Below, one piece after another: positions 9,230 through 18,764 of a stretch of 64,000 nt of DNA. Position 1 is the first letter of the stretch; each line of letters starts with the position of its first letter. The notes beneath the pieces were generated by a model. That model was not told where the DNA came from. It saw only the letters and a program-made list of their open reading frames with translations, and made no database searches. This DNA comes from Alkalispirochaeta sp. GTDB lineage: Bacteria; Spirochaetota; Spirochaetia; DSM-27196; Alkalispirochaetaceae. The position numbers and the translations under genes are program-made. The DNA lies in assembly GCA_965601925.1 (NCBI GenBank), contig OZ271854.1, positions 4,640,001 through 4,704,000 of the forward strand, given 5' to 3'.

Positions 9230-10291
9230 TCAGTCCTTGACGCGTCCCATACCCATCGCTTTGATCATCCACCGCGGCAGCGGCTTCTCTTGGCCGCGTT
9301 TGCGTAGATCCAGATACCAGTTGAGCTTTTTGGCAACCGGTAGCCGGTGGGTCTCGACGAACTCTATGAGGGCGCCGTCGGGGTCCTCGATATAGGCAAA
9401 GCGTCCGCCGGCCTCGCCCATGTCGAAACTCGAGCCGGAGTCGACGGTAAAGGGGTGCCCGGCCTCCTCGCACCGCGCCTTAAGTCGATCCATGCCGACG
9501 ACGTCGAAGCAGAGGTGAATGAAACCGAGGTCGCCCCAGTAGCGCCCTTCGAATACCTTCGTTCCCTGGTGGCCGCCCACTTCCACCAGCTCGATCCGCG
9601 TATCTCCCAATAACTGGCTGAACGCACCGCGCGGCGAGGCCGAGCGGCGCAGCAACACGCGCCGGAGCGATTTGTCGCCGCCGGGCAGTGGAGCAAGATC
9701 GTCGAATACGCCGGTTTCGTCGTAGAGTTTCGTATCGTATCCCAGGGCCGTTGCATAAAAATCGAGGGCGACCGCCATATCGGAGACGCCGATCAAGACC
9801 CCCTCGACTCCGCCGGTATAGGCCCGGGGTTTGGAAAACCACTGGCTGCTCTCGACGACGTGGTACAGATTGCCCCAGGGGTCGCGAAGGGCGAAGCGCG
9901 CAGCACCCGAGGGGTCTTCGACGACGCCGCCGAGCACCTCGACGCCCGCGGCCTGAAGGCGCTGGTACGCCTGATGAACGCCCTGCGCCTTGATGCGTCC
10001 CACAAGCAATCCGTAGTCGCCGATAGTGACGGGACGCGGTGGCGGCTGGGGCGTTCGACTCGTGTACTGCCAGATCTCGAACCCACCGCCGCCTGCGAGA
10101 TTCAGTGCAAGCATCGCGTCGCGGGAGTGTACGTCCCCACCCGTATAGGGCGTCATGAAGGGCGCCTCGGCCGCTTCTCGAAATACCGGCAAGTCGGTAC
10201 CGAAGGACCGCCTAAACCATGAAAACGCCTCGTCGGTATTCGGAATACCAACACCGAGCTGTTGAATCCCACTGAACAGAATATCGGTCAT
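9230..10291 (-). CDS. VOC (glyoxalase/dioxygenase) family protein, two domains
   Basis: QQLGVGI..., FEIWQY, LRDPWGN, HLCFDV, YIEDPDGALIEFVE; AAGGAG RBS. Confidence 0.85.
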   Translation of the reverse strand: MTDILFSGIQQLGVGIPNTDEAFSWFRRSFGTDLPVFREAAEAPFMTPYTGGDVHSRDAMLALNLAGGGGFEIWQYTSRTPQPPPRPVTIGDYGLLVGRIKAQGVHQAYQRLQAAGVEVLGGVVEDPSGAARFALRDPWGNLYHVVESSQWFSKPRAYTGGVEGVLIGVSDMAVALDFYATALGYDTKLYDETGVFDDLAPLPGGDKSLRRVLLRRSASPRGAFSQLLGDTRIELVEVGGHQGTKVFEGRYWGDLGFIHLCFDVVGMDRLKARCEEAGHPFTVDSGSSFDMGEAGGRFAYIEDPDGALIEFVETHRLPVAKKLNWYLDLRKRGQEKPLPRWMIKAMGMGRVKD

Positions 10292-10340
10292 GGTAGAAAC
10301 ACTCCTTTTGTGCCGCCGCAGTATAGCCGATCGCGGGGAG

Positions 10341-10967
10341 CTACGGAAGCAAGGCGATCCATTGCATCGCCGTGAGCAATACCACGATGCCCCATCCGGT
10401 AGCGGTAGAACGCGCGGCCGTGGCCTTTCTCATACGCGTGTCGGCCGCCCTCTCGTCCATCGTCGCAAGATCGGCGTAGAGCGCTAACAACAACCCGTCC
10501 GCTCCGACAAAGGGGCGCCGCACCTCGAGCGTATCTCGACGCTCCATGATCTGCTCGAAGGCCCAGAATATCTTTCCTACCAGTGAACCGACTCGTCCCG
10601 GTAGTCGCAGATCGGCTCGAACTGCAACGAGGGAGAGAAAGACCATGCCGATGATGCTCAGCGCCTTAAACGATCCCGTTCTGAGAGCGCCGAGGGTCAG
10701 ACGAAAGGTACCGATTTCGGCGATTACTTCGCCGGAGGGCACGATAACGTGAAAGAGTGTTATGGTCGCGGCGATCGAGAGAAAGTACAACCACTGCAGG
10801 CGTTTGCCCGCTACACGCGCCAGAAAACCGAACAGTACCACTTGGGCCAGACGAATACGTATATCGTCCTGGAGCAGATACGCCGGCAATGCGATCAATC
10901 CCGCCCAAAAGAGCAGCGACGCCGACACGTGTTTGAGCATCCACGGGTGTTGGCGACGCAGACTCAC
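10341..10967 (-). CDS. Membrane protein, possibly EcfT-like, coupled to the Gx transporter
   Basis: GTGA start/stop overlap with the upstream gene at 10964-10967; several TM segments. Confidence 0.65.
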   Translation of the reverse strand: MSLRRQHPWMLKHVSASLLFWAGLIALPAYLLQDDIRIRLAQVVLFGFLARVAGKRLQWLYFLSIAATITLFHVIVPSGEVIAEIGTFRLTLGALRTGSFKALSIIGMVFLSLVAVRADLRLPGRVGSLVGKIFWAFEQIMERRDTLEVRRPFVGADGLLLALYADLATMDERAADTRMRKATAARSTATGWGIVVLLTAMQWIALLP

Positions 10968-11524
10968 AGCACCCTCTCGTAGTCGATCCGCATCGCAACC
11001 AACCACCGCGAGACACGGGCAAAGCGCTCGGCCAACGCTCCGACGAGCGCTCCCGCGAGGGTTCCCAGAATCAGAAACGGCGGGGCGATGATCCACGACT
11101 CGGGACCGAAGATGAAAAGCACCGAAAGCGTCACTTGAATGACGTTACTGGCAACCGCTCCGGCGACGCTCACGCCGATTAAGCTGATGCGCCGCGCTCC
11201 CAAAACGGAGACCGCCAACATCACCGCGACGCTGGCAAACGATCCGAACAGGGAGAAAAGAAAGACGTAGCTTGCGAGCGTGCCGTTGATGAGCCCTTGT
11301 CCCACTACCTTCAGAAGGGTCAGCGCGAGGACGTGACGGGGTCGAAAGAAGCGCATGACCAGCAGAATGGGAAGATTCGCAAGGCCGATCCTGAAAAAGG
11401 GCACGGGCTTCGGAATTAGGTACTCCAACGTCGAGCAGAACATCGCCACCGCCGCGAGGGTGGCGAGAATATTGGCGAGAGAAGGCTCGCGCGTCGTCGC
11501 AGCGACGGGATCGACATCGCTCAT
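10964..11524 (-). CDS. Gx transporter family (heptaprenyl diphosphate synthase component I-like) membrane protein
   Basis: LEYLIPKPVPFFRIGLANL...FSLFGS...ISLIGVSVAGAVASN signature. Confidence 0.85.
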   Translation of the reverse strand: MSDVDPVAATTREPSLANILATLAAVAMFCSTLEYLIPKPVPFFRIGLANLPILLVMRFFRPRHVLALTLLKVVGQGLINGTLASYVFLFSLFGSFASVAVMLAVSVLGARRISLIGVSVAGAVASNVIQVTLSVLFIFGPESWIIAPPFLILGTLAGALVGALAERFARVSRWLVAMRIDYERVL

Positions 11525-11691
11525 GATCGCCGCAGCATACCACACAGAACCGGTCCTGAATATGAGCAACGATCGTGTCCACCGCGAGAGCGGGAAGCGC
11601 CCGTCGACGCTCGTCGCGAGCACGCGTTCAGACGCCATGTCCCCACCACCGCCCTTGCGTGCACCGACGCCGATTCGCTATTCTGAGAGCC

Positions 11692-11925
11692 ATGCCGCAC
11701 GTTAGTGTAAAGATGTATCCGGGTAGTACGGATGCCGAGAAACAAGAACTCACGGACCGCATTGTTCGCTCCGTTATCGAGGTAACGGGGGCCAAGGAGC
11801 GTTCGGTCTCGGTAACGATCGAGGATGTATCCCCGCAAGAGTGGCCCGAAACGGTCTACCGGCCGGACATTCTGGGAAAAGAGGCGTTTCTTACCAAGAG
11901 ACCGGGGTACGATCCATTTGCATAA
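11692..11925 (+). CDS. 4-oxalocrotonate tautomerase family protein (PptA-like)
   Basis: Catalytic Pro1 (MPHVSVKMYPG), SVSVTIEDV..EW..VY; 77 aa. Confidence 0.9.
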   Translation: MPHVSVKMYPGSTDAEKQELTDRIVRSVIEVTGAKERSVSVTIEDVSPQEWPETVYRPDILGKEAFLTKRPGYDPFA

Positions 11926-12030
11926 CGTGTGTCGGGTCCGCGACTCGATGCGATGCTCGTAGGGCCTCCCACAACCCGTGGAAACACATCGCACACGTAC
12001 CGTACCGTTTTTCGCGTGCGCCCCACCGGA

Positions 12031-12098
12031 TGACACGAGTCGCTCATGTCAAAAGGAAATAGCTTTTGATTGGCGGCGGGCCCGGCGAGTTCTATAAT
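12031..12098 (+). promoter_or_regulatory. TGACA-N11-TGTCA operator plus AT-rich tract, followed by a sigma70 promoter (TTGGCG-17-TATAAT)
   Basis: Motif 12031-12066, -35 at 12070, -10 at 12093. The same motif recurs on the minus strand at 23848-23883. Confidence 0.75.
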
Positions 12099-12154
12099 TG
12101 CGATGCAGTCCCTATGAGCGCTGCGCCCGGATTGTATCGGAGATTCGATATCAC

Positions 12155-14242
12155 GTGAGCGTACGAACGCGGGTCAACCAAATCATACACGCTCTTCTCG
12201 ACGCCACCGATTACGTCACCGCGTCGCATATAGCGCAGACGCTTAATGTCAGCACACGCACCGTCTTCCGCGAGATTCCGCACGTTGAGCGTCTACTCGC
12301 AAAACATCGACTGCATCTCGAGCGCCGGTCGGGGTACGGGCTCAAACTAACCGACGATGAGGAAGACCGCCGACGTCTCTTTGATGCGCTGCATGACCAG
12401 CGTATCGAAAAAAACTTCACTCCCCTCGACCGAGAGATCCTCACCGCGCTTCGCCTCATCGAGGCACGTTCCACCATTAAGCTCTTGGAGCTCGGTCAAT
12501 TTTTGAGGGTGACCGACTCGTGTGTCAGCCGGGACTTGGCGCGTTTGACGGATCGATTCACCCTCAACGGGTTGGAGCTGGTGAAGCGACCCGGGTACGG
12601 AGTCGAGCTGCGGGGGAGCGAGCGACGAAAACGAACCATGCTGATGCGTCTGTTTTTCGACAGCGTCGACCGCCGGTACTTCTCGGAGCGAGCATTCCAT
12701 CGTAGTGAGGACGTCTCGCTCACGACGGACTCGATATCGCGGAATGCCGGAGAACGGGAGCTCATTCGACAACTCTACGTACCCGGTCTTCACGCAGCTA
12801 TCGTCTCGACGCTACGCGGCGTCGAGCGGGTATTGGGATACCGCTTCACGTTCGCAGGGTTTATTACCCTCTATGTCTATCTATCCATCGCCTTGAGACG
12901 GATCGGCGACGGCCGGACGATGGAAGAAGAGATCGACATCGCGAACGCCGACGAACCGACGGTGCGCGCGGCAACGGACGCCTTTGTATCGCTCGGCGGC
13001 GTGTTGGCCGTACGGGAGGTACCGTCCGGTGAGATAGCGTTCCTTGCGCTCCTCTTCTACGCCGCGGATATCGATTCGTCGTCACGGTCCGAAACGACGC
13101 GTCCGCCGAGCGAGGAGCGTTACGACGGTCTCGTGAGACGATTGATACGAACCGTGGAAACCGAAAGCGGTTATTATCTACGCGACGACGACCGGATCGT
13201 ACCGCCGCTTTCGGCCTACGTGGAGCGGCTGATGCGCCGCATACGTCACGCCGTGCCGGTCTGGTACGCCCGGGAAGAGGTCCCGCGCTACACCGAGGTG
13301 GAGGCCCTACGAAGCGGCGTGGAGACGATCCTCGTTGAGGAGGCGCGCTCGCCGGTACCGGAGGCGGAAGTGCACGCCGTGCTTGCCTATTTCGCCGCCG
13401 CTCTGGTAGAGAAACACGAGCTGAACGTCGCAAGTATTCGTGCGATCGTCGTCTGTTCCGCCGGCATCGGAAGCTCCGTCTATCTCGCTCACAGGATACA
13501 GAGCGTCTTTCCTCAAGTCGACGTCGTGGAGAAGATATCGGCGTTCGGCGTCAATCCGGATCACATCGCGGAAGATGAGATCGACTTGGTAGTCTCGACC
13601 TATCCGATTCCCGATCTGCCCGTGGATTGCCTCGTCCTCGGCCCGAGCTTCGACCGAGGGGACGAGGAGGCGTTACGCGCGTGGATAGATACCGCTCAGT
13701 CGAGAGAGGGGCATCGAAGAACGAGCTCCGATGAACCCAAAACGGCCCACAGAGACCACGTGGACTCCATCATTCCGCCGATTCTCGCGGTGATGGAGAC
13801 CTTTTTTGTGCTCGACGCGGACGATATCGAACACGTCGGTGCGATAGGGGATACGATCGCGCAAGTAGTCGGAATCGTCGCCTCGGACCGTGGGAGGATC
13901 ACGTCGGCGTTGGAGGCGCGGGAAGCTCTCGGATCGATTATCGTACGCGAACGCTCGATTCGCCTGTTGCACTGTAAGACCGATTGCGTTACGGCGGTTC
14001 ACGCGGGCGTCTTGCGCTCCGTCGCGGTGAGTCGGGGATACGATACGTGTCTCGTGCTCATGCTGCCGGAGACTGCGACGAAACCGGAGCACGCGGTATT
14101 GGCCGAGCTAAGCAGCCAGCTGGTCCGGGATCATAACTTCGCGCAGGCACTGCGACACGGTACGCGGAGTGAGATCATCTCGGAGCTTATCCACATCTAT
14201 CACACATTTCTCTACAGCGAGCGATATCAAGGAACGAGGTAA
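12155..14242 (+). CDS. PRD-containing PTS-regulated transcriptional activator (MtlR/LicR type: HTH-PRD-PRD-EIIB-EIIA)
   Basis: HTH LNVSTRTVFREI, second HTH, EIIB motif VVCSAGIGSS, C-terminal EIIA RE..GS...LLHCKT; GTG after GGAG. Confidence 0.88.
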   Translation: MSVRTRVNQIIHALLDATDYVTASHIAQTLNVSTRTVFREIPHVERLLAKHRLHLERRSGYGLKLTDDEEDRRRLFDALHDQRIEKNFTPLDREILTALRLIEARSTIKLLELGQFLRVTDSCVSRDLARLTDRFTLNGLELVKRPGYGVELRGSERRKRTMLMRLFFDSVDRRYFSERAFHRSEDVSLTTDSISRNAGERELIRQLYVPGLHAAIVSTLRGVERVLGYRFTFAGFITLYVYLSIALRRIGDGRTMEEEIDIANADEPTVRAATDAFVSLGGVLAVREVPSGEIAFLALLFYAADIDSSSRSETTRPPSEERYDGLVRRLIRTVETESGYYLRDDDRIVPPLSAYVERLMRRIRHAVPVWYAREEVPRYTEVEALRSGVETILVEEARSPVPEAEVHAVLAYFAAALVEKHELNVASIRAIVVCSAGIGSSVYLAHRIQSVFPQVDVVEKISAFGVNPDHIAEDEIDLVVSTYPIPDLPVDCLVLGPSFDRGDEEALRAWIDTAQSREGHRRTSSDEPKTAHRDHVDSIIPPILAVMETFFVLDADDIEHVGAIGDTIAQVVGIVASDRGRITSALEAREALGSIIVRERSIRLLHCKTDCVTAVHAGVLRSVAVSRGYDTCLVLMLPETATKPEHAVLAELSSQLVRDHNFAQALRHGTRSEIISELIHIYHTFLYSERYQGTR

Positions 14243-14246
14243 CGGT

Positions 14247-14705
14247 ATGGGTCTAAAAAAGTACTTACGAGAATACAAGACGGTGCGACTGAAAGTGACG
14301 GTTGCGGATTGGGAGGAAGCGATACGGGTCGGCACGGATCTATTGGTAGAGACGGGCGCGATCGAGCCGCGTTACTACGACGCCATCGTCGAGAGTTGCC
14401 GCAACCTGGGTCCCTACTTTCTCGTGGCTCCCGGTCTCGCAATGCCCCACGCACGGCCGACCGAGGGCGTCCGTGCCAACGGGTTTTCCCTCGTCACTCT
14501 GGCACAGCCGGTTTCATTCGGAGACTCGGAGAACGACCCCGTCGATATCCTGATTACTATGGCGGCAAAGGACGCAAAGACACAAAACGAACGCGCAATC
14601 GTGGAGATCGTGGAGCTCTTCGACGATGCGGATACGGTTCGTCGACTGCGCGCCGCCGAGACGATGGAAGATATCAAGGCGCTCTTGGCCGAAGAGCGAG
14701 AGTAG
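14247..14705 (+). CDS. PTS IIA component (Fru/Mtl/ascorbate class, UlaC-like)
   Basis: DWEEAI, GPYFLVAPGLAMPHARP with the phospho-His. Confidence 0.92.
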   Translation: MGLKKYLREYKTVRLKVTVADWEEAIRVGTDLLVETGAIEPRYYDAIVESCRNLGPYFLVAPGLAMPHARPTEGVRANGFSLVTLAQPVSFGDSENDPVDILITMAAKDAKTQNERAIVEIVELFDDADTVRRLRAAETMEDIKALLAEERE

Positions 14706-14733
14706 TGAGCACCATAGACCGAAGGAGTACGAT

Positions 14734-15006
14734 ATGGTTCGTCGAACCGTCACGGTTACCAATGAGGAGGGCCTTCACACCCGACCGGGCAATCAGTTCG
14801 TGAAGGAGGCCAAAAAGTACGCATGCGAGATCACCGTCCACAAAGGTGACAAAACGGCCAACGCCAAGAGCATGCTCAAGCTTTTGAAAGTGGGCATTTC
14901 CAAGGGAGACGTGATCGAAATCGCCGCCGAAGGCGACGACGAGGAGCGGGCGGTCACCGAGCTCATCGCGCTCATAAATCGGCTGGGCTCGAAACGGGAC
15001 GCGTAA
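14734..15006 (+). CDS. ptsH: HPr family phosphocarrier
   Basis: GLHTRP (His15), AKSM (Ser46), GDDE..A; AAGGAG RBS. Confidence 0.93.
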   Translation: MVRRTVTVTNEEGLHTRPGNQFVKEAKKYACEITVHKGDKTANAKSMLKLLKVGISKGDVIEIAAEGDDEERAVTELIALINRLGSKRDA

Positions 15007-15155
15007 GACGACGTCGGCAGGCGGCAACGGAGTGATACGTGCGGCGTACATCCTTCGGTCCGACGACGTTGCATCGTCGGTAGTCGGCAGGCGCGTTAAT
15101 ACCGCGTTTACAAAAAGGGTTGCGATGCACCCGCCGAGTCCGACAAAGAACCGCC

Positions 15156-17351
15156 TCAGCGAACCATCAACGCCGCAACGCGGTCGCGACGAAGCACATA
15201 CTCGAAACGGACCACCTCGCCGTCGGTGGTGAAGGGAATCGTCTCGCCGGTGAGCACCTCGGTAATAGTCGTCGTTTCGGCCGTACGTCGGAGACTCACC
15301 CGAATCGGCTTCTTCCCGTTGACGAAAAACTCACTGCGGCGATCGCGCTGCACGAAGTGGGTGCATAACAACATCTCTCCATCGCCTCCCCTCACGCGAT
15401 GGACGTCCACCTCGCGTTCACAGCGGTTGGCGTACTCTACGGTGAGCGCCGCCGTAATGCGGCGCTCGGCAAGGAGGTCACGCATGAGATCGAACGCCAA
15501 ATCCCTCGCGCCCTCGACGTAGGCGGCATCGAAATGCGTCGCGACATAGAGCGCGGCACCCGTACCGACCAGGTTCCGCACCGCCGCAGGACCGTCGTCG
15601 AAAAAACGGGCGACGATCCGCGCACCACGGTCCTTGTCCCCCGACTGCCCGGACGCCACGGAGATATACTCCCTGTGCCAGTGGCCCGTATAGTTCCTGT
15701 CGCGATAGGTCACAGCCGGCGCAGCGCCCGATTCAACACCGGTGACGCGCACGCCGAAGGTTGCCGCCAACGCGCCGCACGGCAGTCCGTGGTTGTACCA
15801 CCCCCGCTCTCCCACAACTCCGCCCTGGGCGGTACCGACGAGCAATCCGCCGCTCTCGACGTACCGCGCCGCCGCGGCCGCGGTCGCACGATCGATGTGA
15901 AAGAGCGCCGGCATATGAATGACCGCGTAGTCGTCGGCATACCCCGACCGGAGGAGCTCCGGCGTAATGAAATCGACGGTGAACCCCATCTCGGTATAGA
16001 GACGATAGGCTCCCCGGATCGCCCGGAGTAGAAACTCCTCCTGGGAGACGCCGGACAAGATGATCTGATTCTCCTTGGAACACAACAAGGCCACCTCGCC
16101 CTTGCCGGTCGTAGCGTTACAGAGAAAACTGCCGTACTCCGAGAGGAATCGCCCCACTTCGGCGCACGAGTCGGTTCGTTCGGTGGGATTACCGTCCAGA
16201 TCGACGATACCGCCCCATCGCAGGGGCTGAAAGTCCCACTCCTTCCACCCCATGTAGTGAATCATCTTGGCGTCGTGACCGATCACTTCGAAGGCGTTCC
16301 TGAGGATGTCGGCGCCGCCGGTCGCACGATGAGGACCGAGCATCCAGCCGTTAATCGGACCGCTTTCGAGTTCGATAAGCCAGTACGGCTTGCCGAGGGG
16401 GCGGGAGACGCTCCGGGCGTGATCGAGAAAGAGGCTGGAGAACTCGCTCCGTCTTTCCAGTTTGTCGCCACTACCGGGATAGAGGTCGTAGCTGATGACG
16501 TCGACGACCTCGGCCATGGCAAACTGGTCAAGGCCCATCATCGATCCGAAGGGGTCTTGAGACTTCATGTAAAAGATGTTGGTCGTCGTCGGATGGTCGC
16601 GATCGAGATGCTTGATGATATCGTTTTGCCACGCTACGAAACGCACGAATCGGTCCATCCAAAAGAGTCGCCAGTCGAGCCAACGCGTAACCGAGCTCCA
16701 CCCCTCGGGTCTGATGCGCGGCGGTTCTACCTCATCGAAACTGCGGTAGACCGTGTTGGTGGCACTCCACGTCCACGCCTCGTTTAACTCCTCGATACTC
16801 CGATAGCGTCCCTCGATCCACCGCCGGAAGGCGCGAATCGAGTGGGCGTTGTAACAAAAGATCCGCATCGATCCCGACTCGGAGGACATGAAGGGAAAGC
16901 CGATTTCGTTGTGAATCTGATACGCATAAAGCGCTTTATGTCCCCGATAGCGCTCGACCACGGCCGTGATGTACCGTTCGGCCGCCCCGATATATGCCGG
17001 ATGGTCGATGCACGCCCACGAGTAAGCGGCGTTTAGGGGATAGGGGTGCCCGGTCGCATCCACGATATGTATGTCCGGATGGTCGGCATGCAACCAATAG
17101 GGGGGCGAGGCCGTTCCGCTGCCGAGAATGATACCCATCTCCGCCTCGGCGCACTCCTCGAAAAACTCGTCGAGAAACTCGAACCGATATACCCCGCTCT
17201 CCGGCTCGATCCGGTCCCACGTGTTGAAAAGCTCGGCGGTACGTACGACGTTCATGCCGCACGAACGCATGGCGGACAGATCGCGACGCCAATGTTCGCG
17301 GCGCTCCAACAGCGGATAATAGCCGGCACCGTAGGGGTACCCGTTAACCAT
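15156..17351 (-). CDS. Beta-galactosidase, GH42 family (cytoplasmic)
   Basis: YGAGYYP, WDRIEP, HNE (acid/base), WLDWRLF, WLIELESG (nucleophile), trimerisation domain; no signal peptide. Confidence 0.88.
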   Translation of the reverse strand: MVNGYPYGAGYYPLLERREHWRRDLSAMRSCGMNVVRTAELFNTWDRIEPESGVYRFEFLDEFFEECAEAEMGIILGSGTASPPYWLHADHPDIHIVDATGHPYPLNAAYSWACIDHPAYIGAAERYITAVVERYRGHKALYAYQIHNEIGFPFMSSESGSMRIFCYNAHSIRAFRRWIEGRYRSIEELNEAWTWSATNTVYRSFDEVEPPRIRPEGWSSVTRWLDWRLFWMDRFVRFVAWQNDIIKHLDRDHPTTTNIFYMKSQDPFGSMMGLDQFAMAEVVDVISYDLYPGSGDKLERRSEFSSLFLDHARSVSRPLGKPYWLIELESGPINGWMLGPHRATGGADILRNAFEVIGHDAKMIHYMGWKEWDFQPLRWGGIVDLDGNPTERTDSCAEVGRFLSEYGSFLCNATTGKGEVALLCSKENQIILSGVSQEEFLLRAIRGAYRLYTEMGFTVDFITPELLRSGYADDYAVIHMPALFHIDRATAAAAARYVESGGLLVGTAQGGVVGERGWYNHGLPCGALAATFGVRVTGVESGAAPAVTYRDRNYTGHWHREYISVASGQSGDKDRGARIVARFFDDGPAAVRNLVGTGAALYVATHFDAAYVEGARDLAFDLMRDLLAERRITAALTVEYANRCEREVDVHRVRGGDGEMLLCTHFVQRDRRSEFFVNGKKPIRVSLRRTAETTTITEVLTGETIPFTTDGEVVRFEYVLRRDRVAALMVR

Positions 17352-18747
17352 GTATCGCTCCTTGAAGGAGGGACAGGCTGCGCGAAGCGTCGTCGGGGCC
17401 GGCGAGCAGGATGGGCTCTATATCCGACCATTTACAGTACTCCAGGAGGGTCGCCGTGTCGTCACCGTAGGCGATGGAGTAATGGTGCTCGATACCGTGG
17501 GAAAAAATCGCCTCAAGGAGCTTCGGAGCGCCGCAGTCAAAGACGATATCGACGTGGTTTCCCGCCAGTTCACGATCGGGTCGTACCGCGGTACCGGGAG
17601 CGATAAGAAGCTTGTAGCGCCCTTCGTCCTCGCTGAGCTTCGCCATGGTTACGCGTCCGTCGGCCAGTGGGAAGTCCGCGGCCATGCCGATTCCCTCCTT
17701 GATCGTGGGATGCTCGATGTAGCGCGTCCTCGCCTCGGGATCGGCGAGACAGCGAGCCGCCGGGCCGCAATGCCACGCCTTCACGACCCCTTTCGGACTG
17801 ATGTCGACCAAATCGGCGAGGAAGGGCGGTCGATCGGAGACCGAGCGGTGGATTACCATCGTCGCGAGCGCCGGGATATCACCCTCGCAACTCACGACGA
17901 CGCCCTCGTTATTCAGCCGTGATACGACGCCGCAGACCGCCACGCGGTACAGCGTCTGAAACTCGGGCCAACACCGAATTGCAAAGGCCGCAACGTCGTT
18001 CCGGTCACCGAATGCCCGAACGGCGCGATATACGCGCGCCGACCGTTCCACCGCTTCGCGCGTCGCCTCGACGAGATCGACCTCTCCGTATATTCGCGTT
18101 ACCTCTTCGGCCACTTCGTCGTCGGTGTATCGGCGTGCAGCCTCGACGACCTCGCCGACGGAGTGATAGATAATCTCCGGCCCGATCGTCCTCGCAAAGC
18201 GCAACTCGTCTACCCCGGCGCGATAAAATCCCGGAGCACGCTCGCCGATACTGCAGAATCGAGCGCGTCGCAGCCCCTTGCGGAGTCGGATCGCCGTGAT
18301 CCATCGCCGTATCGTCGCCCGCGCCTCATCCTCGTCGACCGACGCGTAGAGCGTACTGAAACGCCGCCGGAGCTTGTAGAGAAAACTGGCACTCATATTC
18401 AGTCCGCATAGCGAGTTAAGCGGCAAGGCGGGTATCCCCGGTGTCTCCGGCTCCCGGAATCCCCAGAGAAAAAGCGGCGTCGTGGGGATCGCCTCCGCAA
18501 GGGCGACGATGGTACGCCCCATCGAGAAGGTGCCGCATTGGATGATAATCATATCCGGCGCGTCGCGACCAAACACGTCGACGGCCTGTGCCACCTCACG
18601 CTCGTCGGTAACGACCTTGGGTACCGCGCTCACTTCGACATCCTGCTGAGATCGCAGAAGGGCTTCTGCGGCATCGAGATACGATTGAGCAATATCGACG
18701 CGAAACTTCACAAAACCGAGCGAAACAAGCCCTACCTTGACATTCAT
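17344..18747 (-). CDS. L-fucose/L-arabinose isomerase family protein
   Basis: NSLCG, AIRCWPE, SCEGD, WHCG and GIEHHY motifs; GGAGG RBS. Confidence 0.85.
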   Translation of the reverse strand: MNVKVGLVSLGFVKFRVDIAQSYLDAAEALLRSQQDVEVSAVPKVVTDEREVAQAVDVFGRDAPDMIIIQCGTFSMGRTIVALAEAIPTTPLFLWGFREPETPGIPALPLNSLCGLNMSASFLYKLRRRFSTLYASVDEDEARATIRRWITAIRLRKGLRRARFCSIGERAPGFYRAGVDELRFARTIGPEIIYHSVGEVVEAARRYTDDEVAEEVTRIYGEVDLVEATREAVERSARVYRAVRAFGDRNDVAAFAIRCWPEFQTLYRVAVCGVVSRLNNEGVVVSCEGDIPALATMVIHRSVSDRPPFLADLVDISPKGVVKAWHCGPAARCLADPEARTRYIEHPTIKEGIGMAADFPLADGRVTMAKLSEDEGRYKLLIAPGTAVRPDRELAGNHVDIVFDCGAPKLLEAIFSHGIEHHYSIAYGDDTATLLEYCKWSDIEPILLAGPDDASRSLSLLQGAIHG

Positions 18748-18764
18748 CCGACAGCCTCCTCGCC

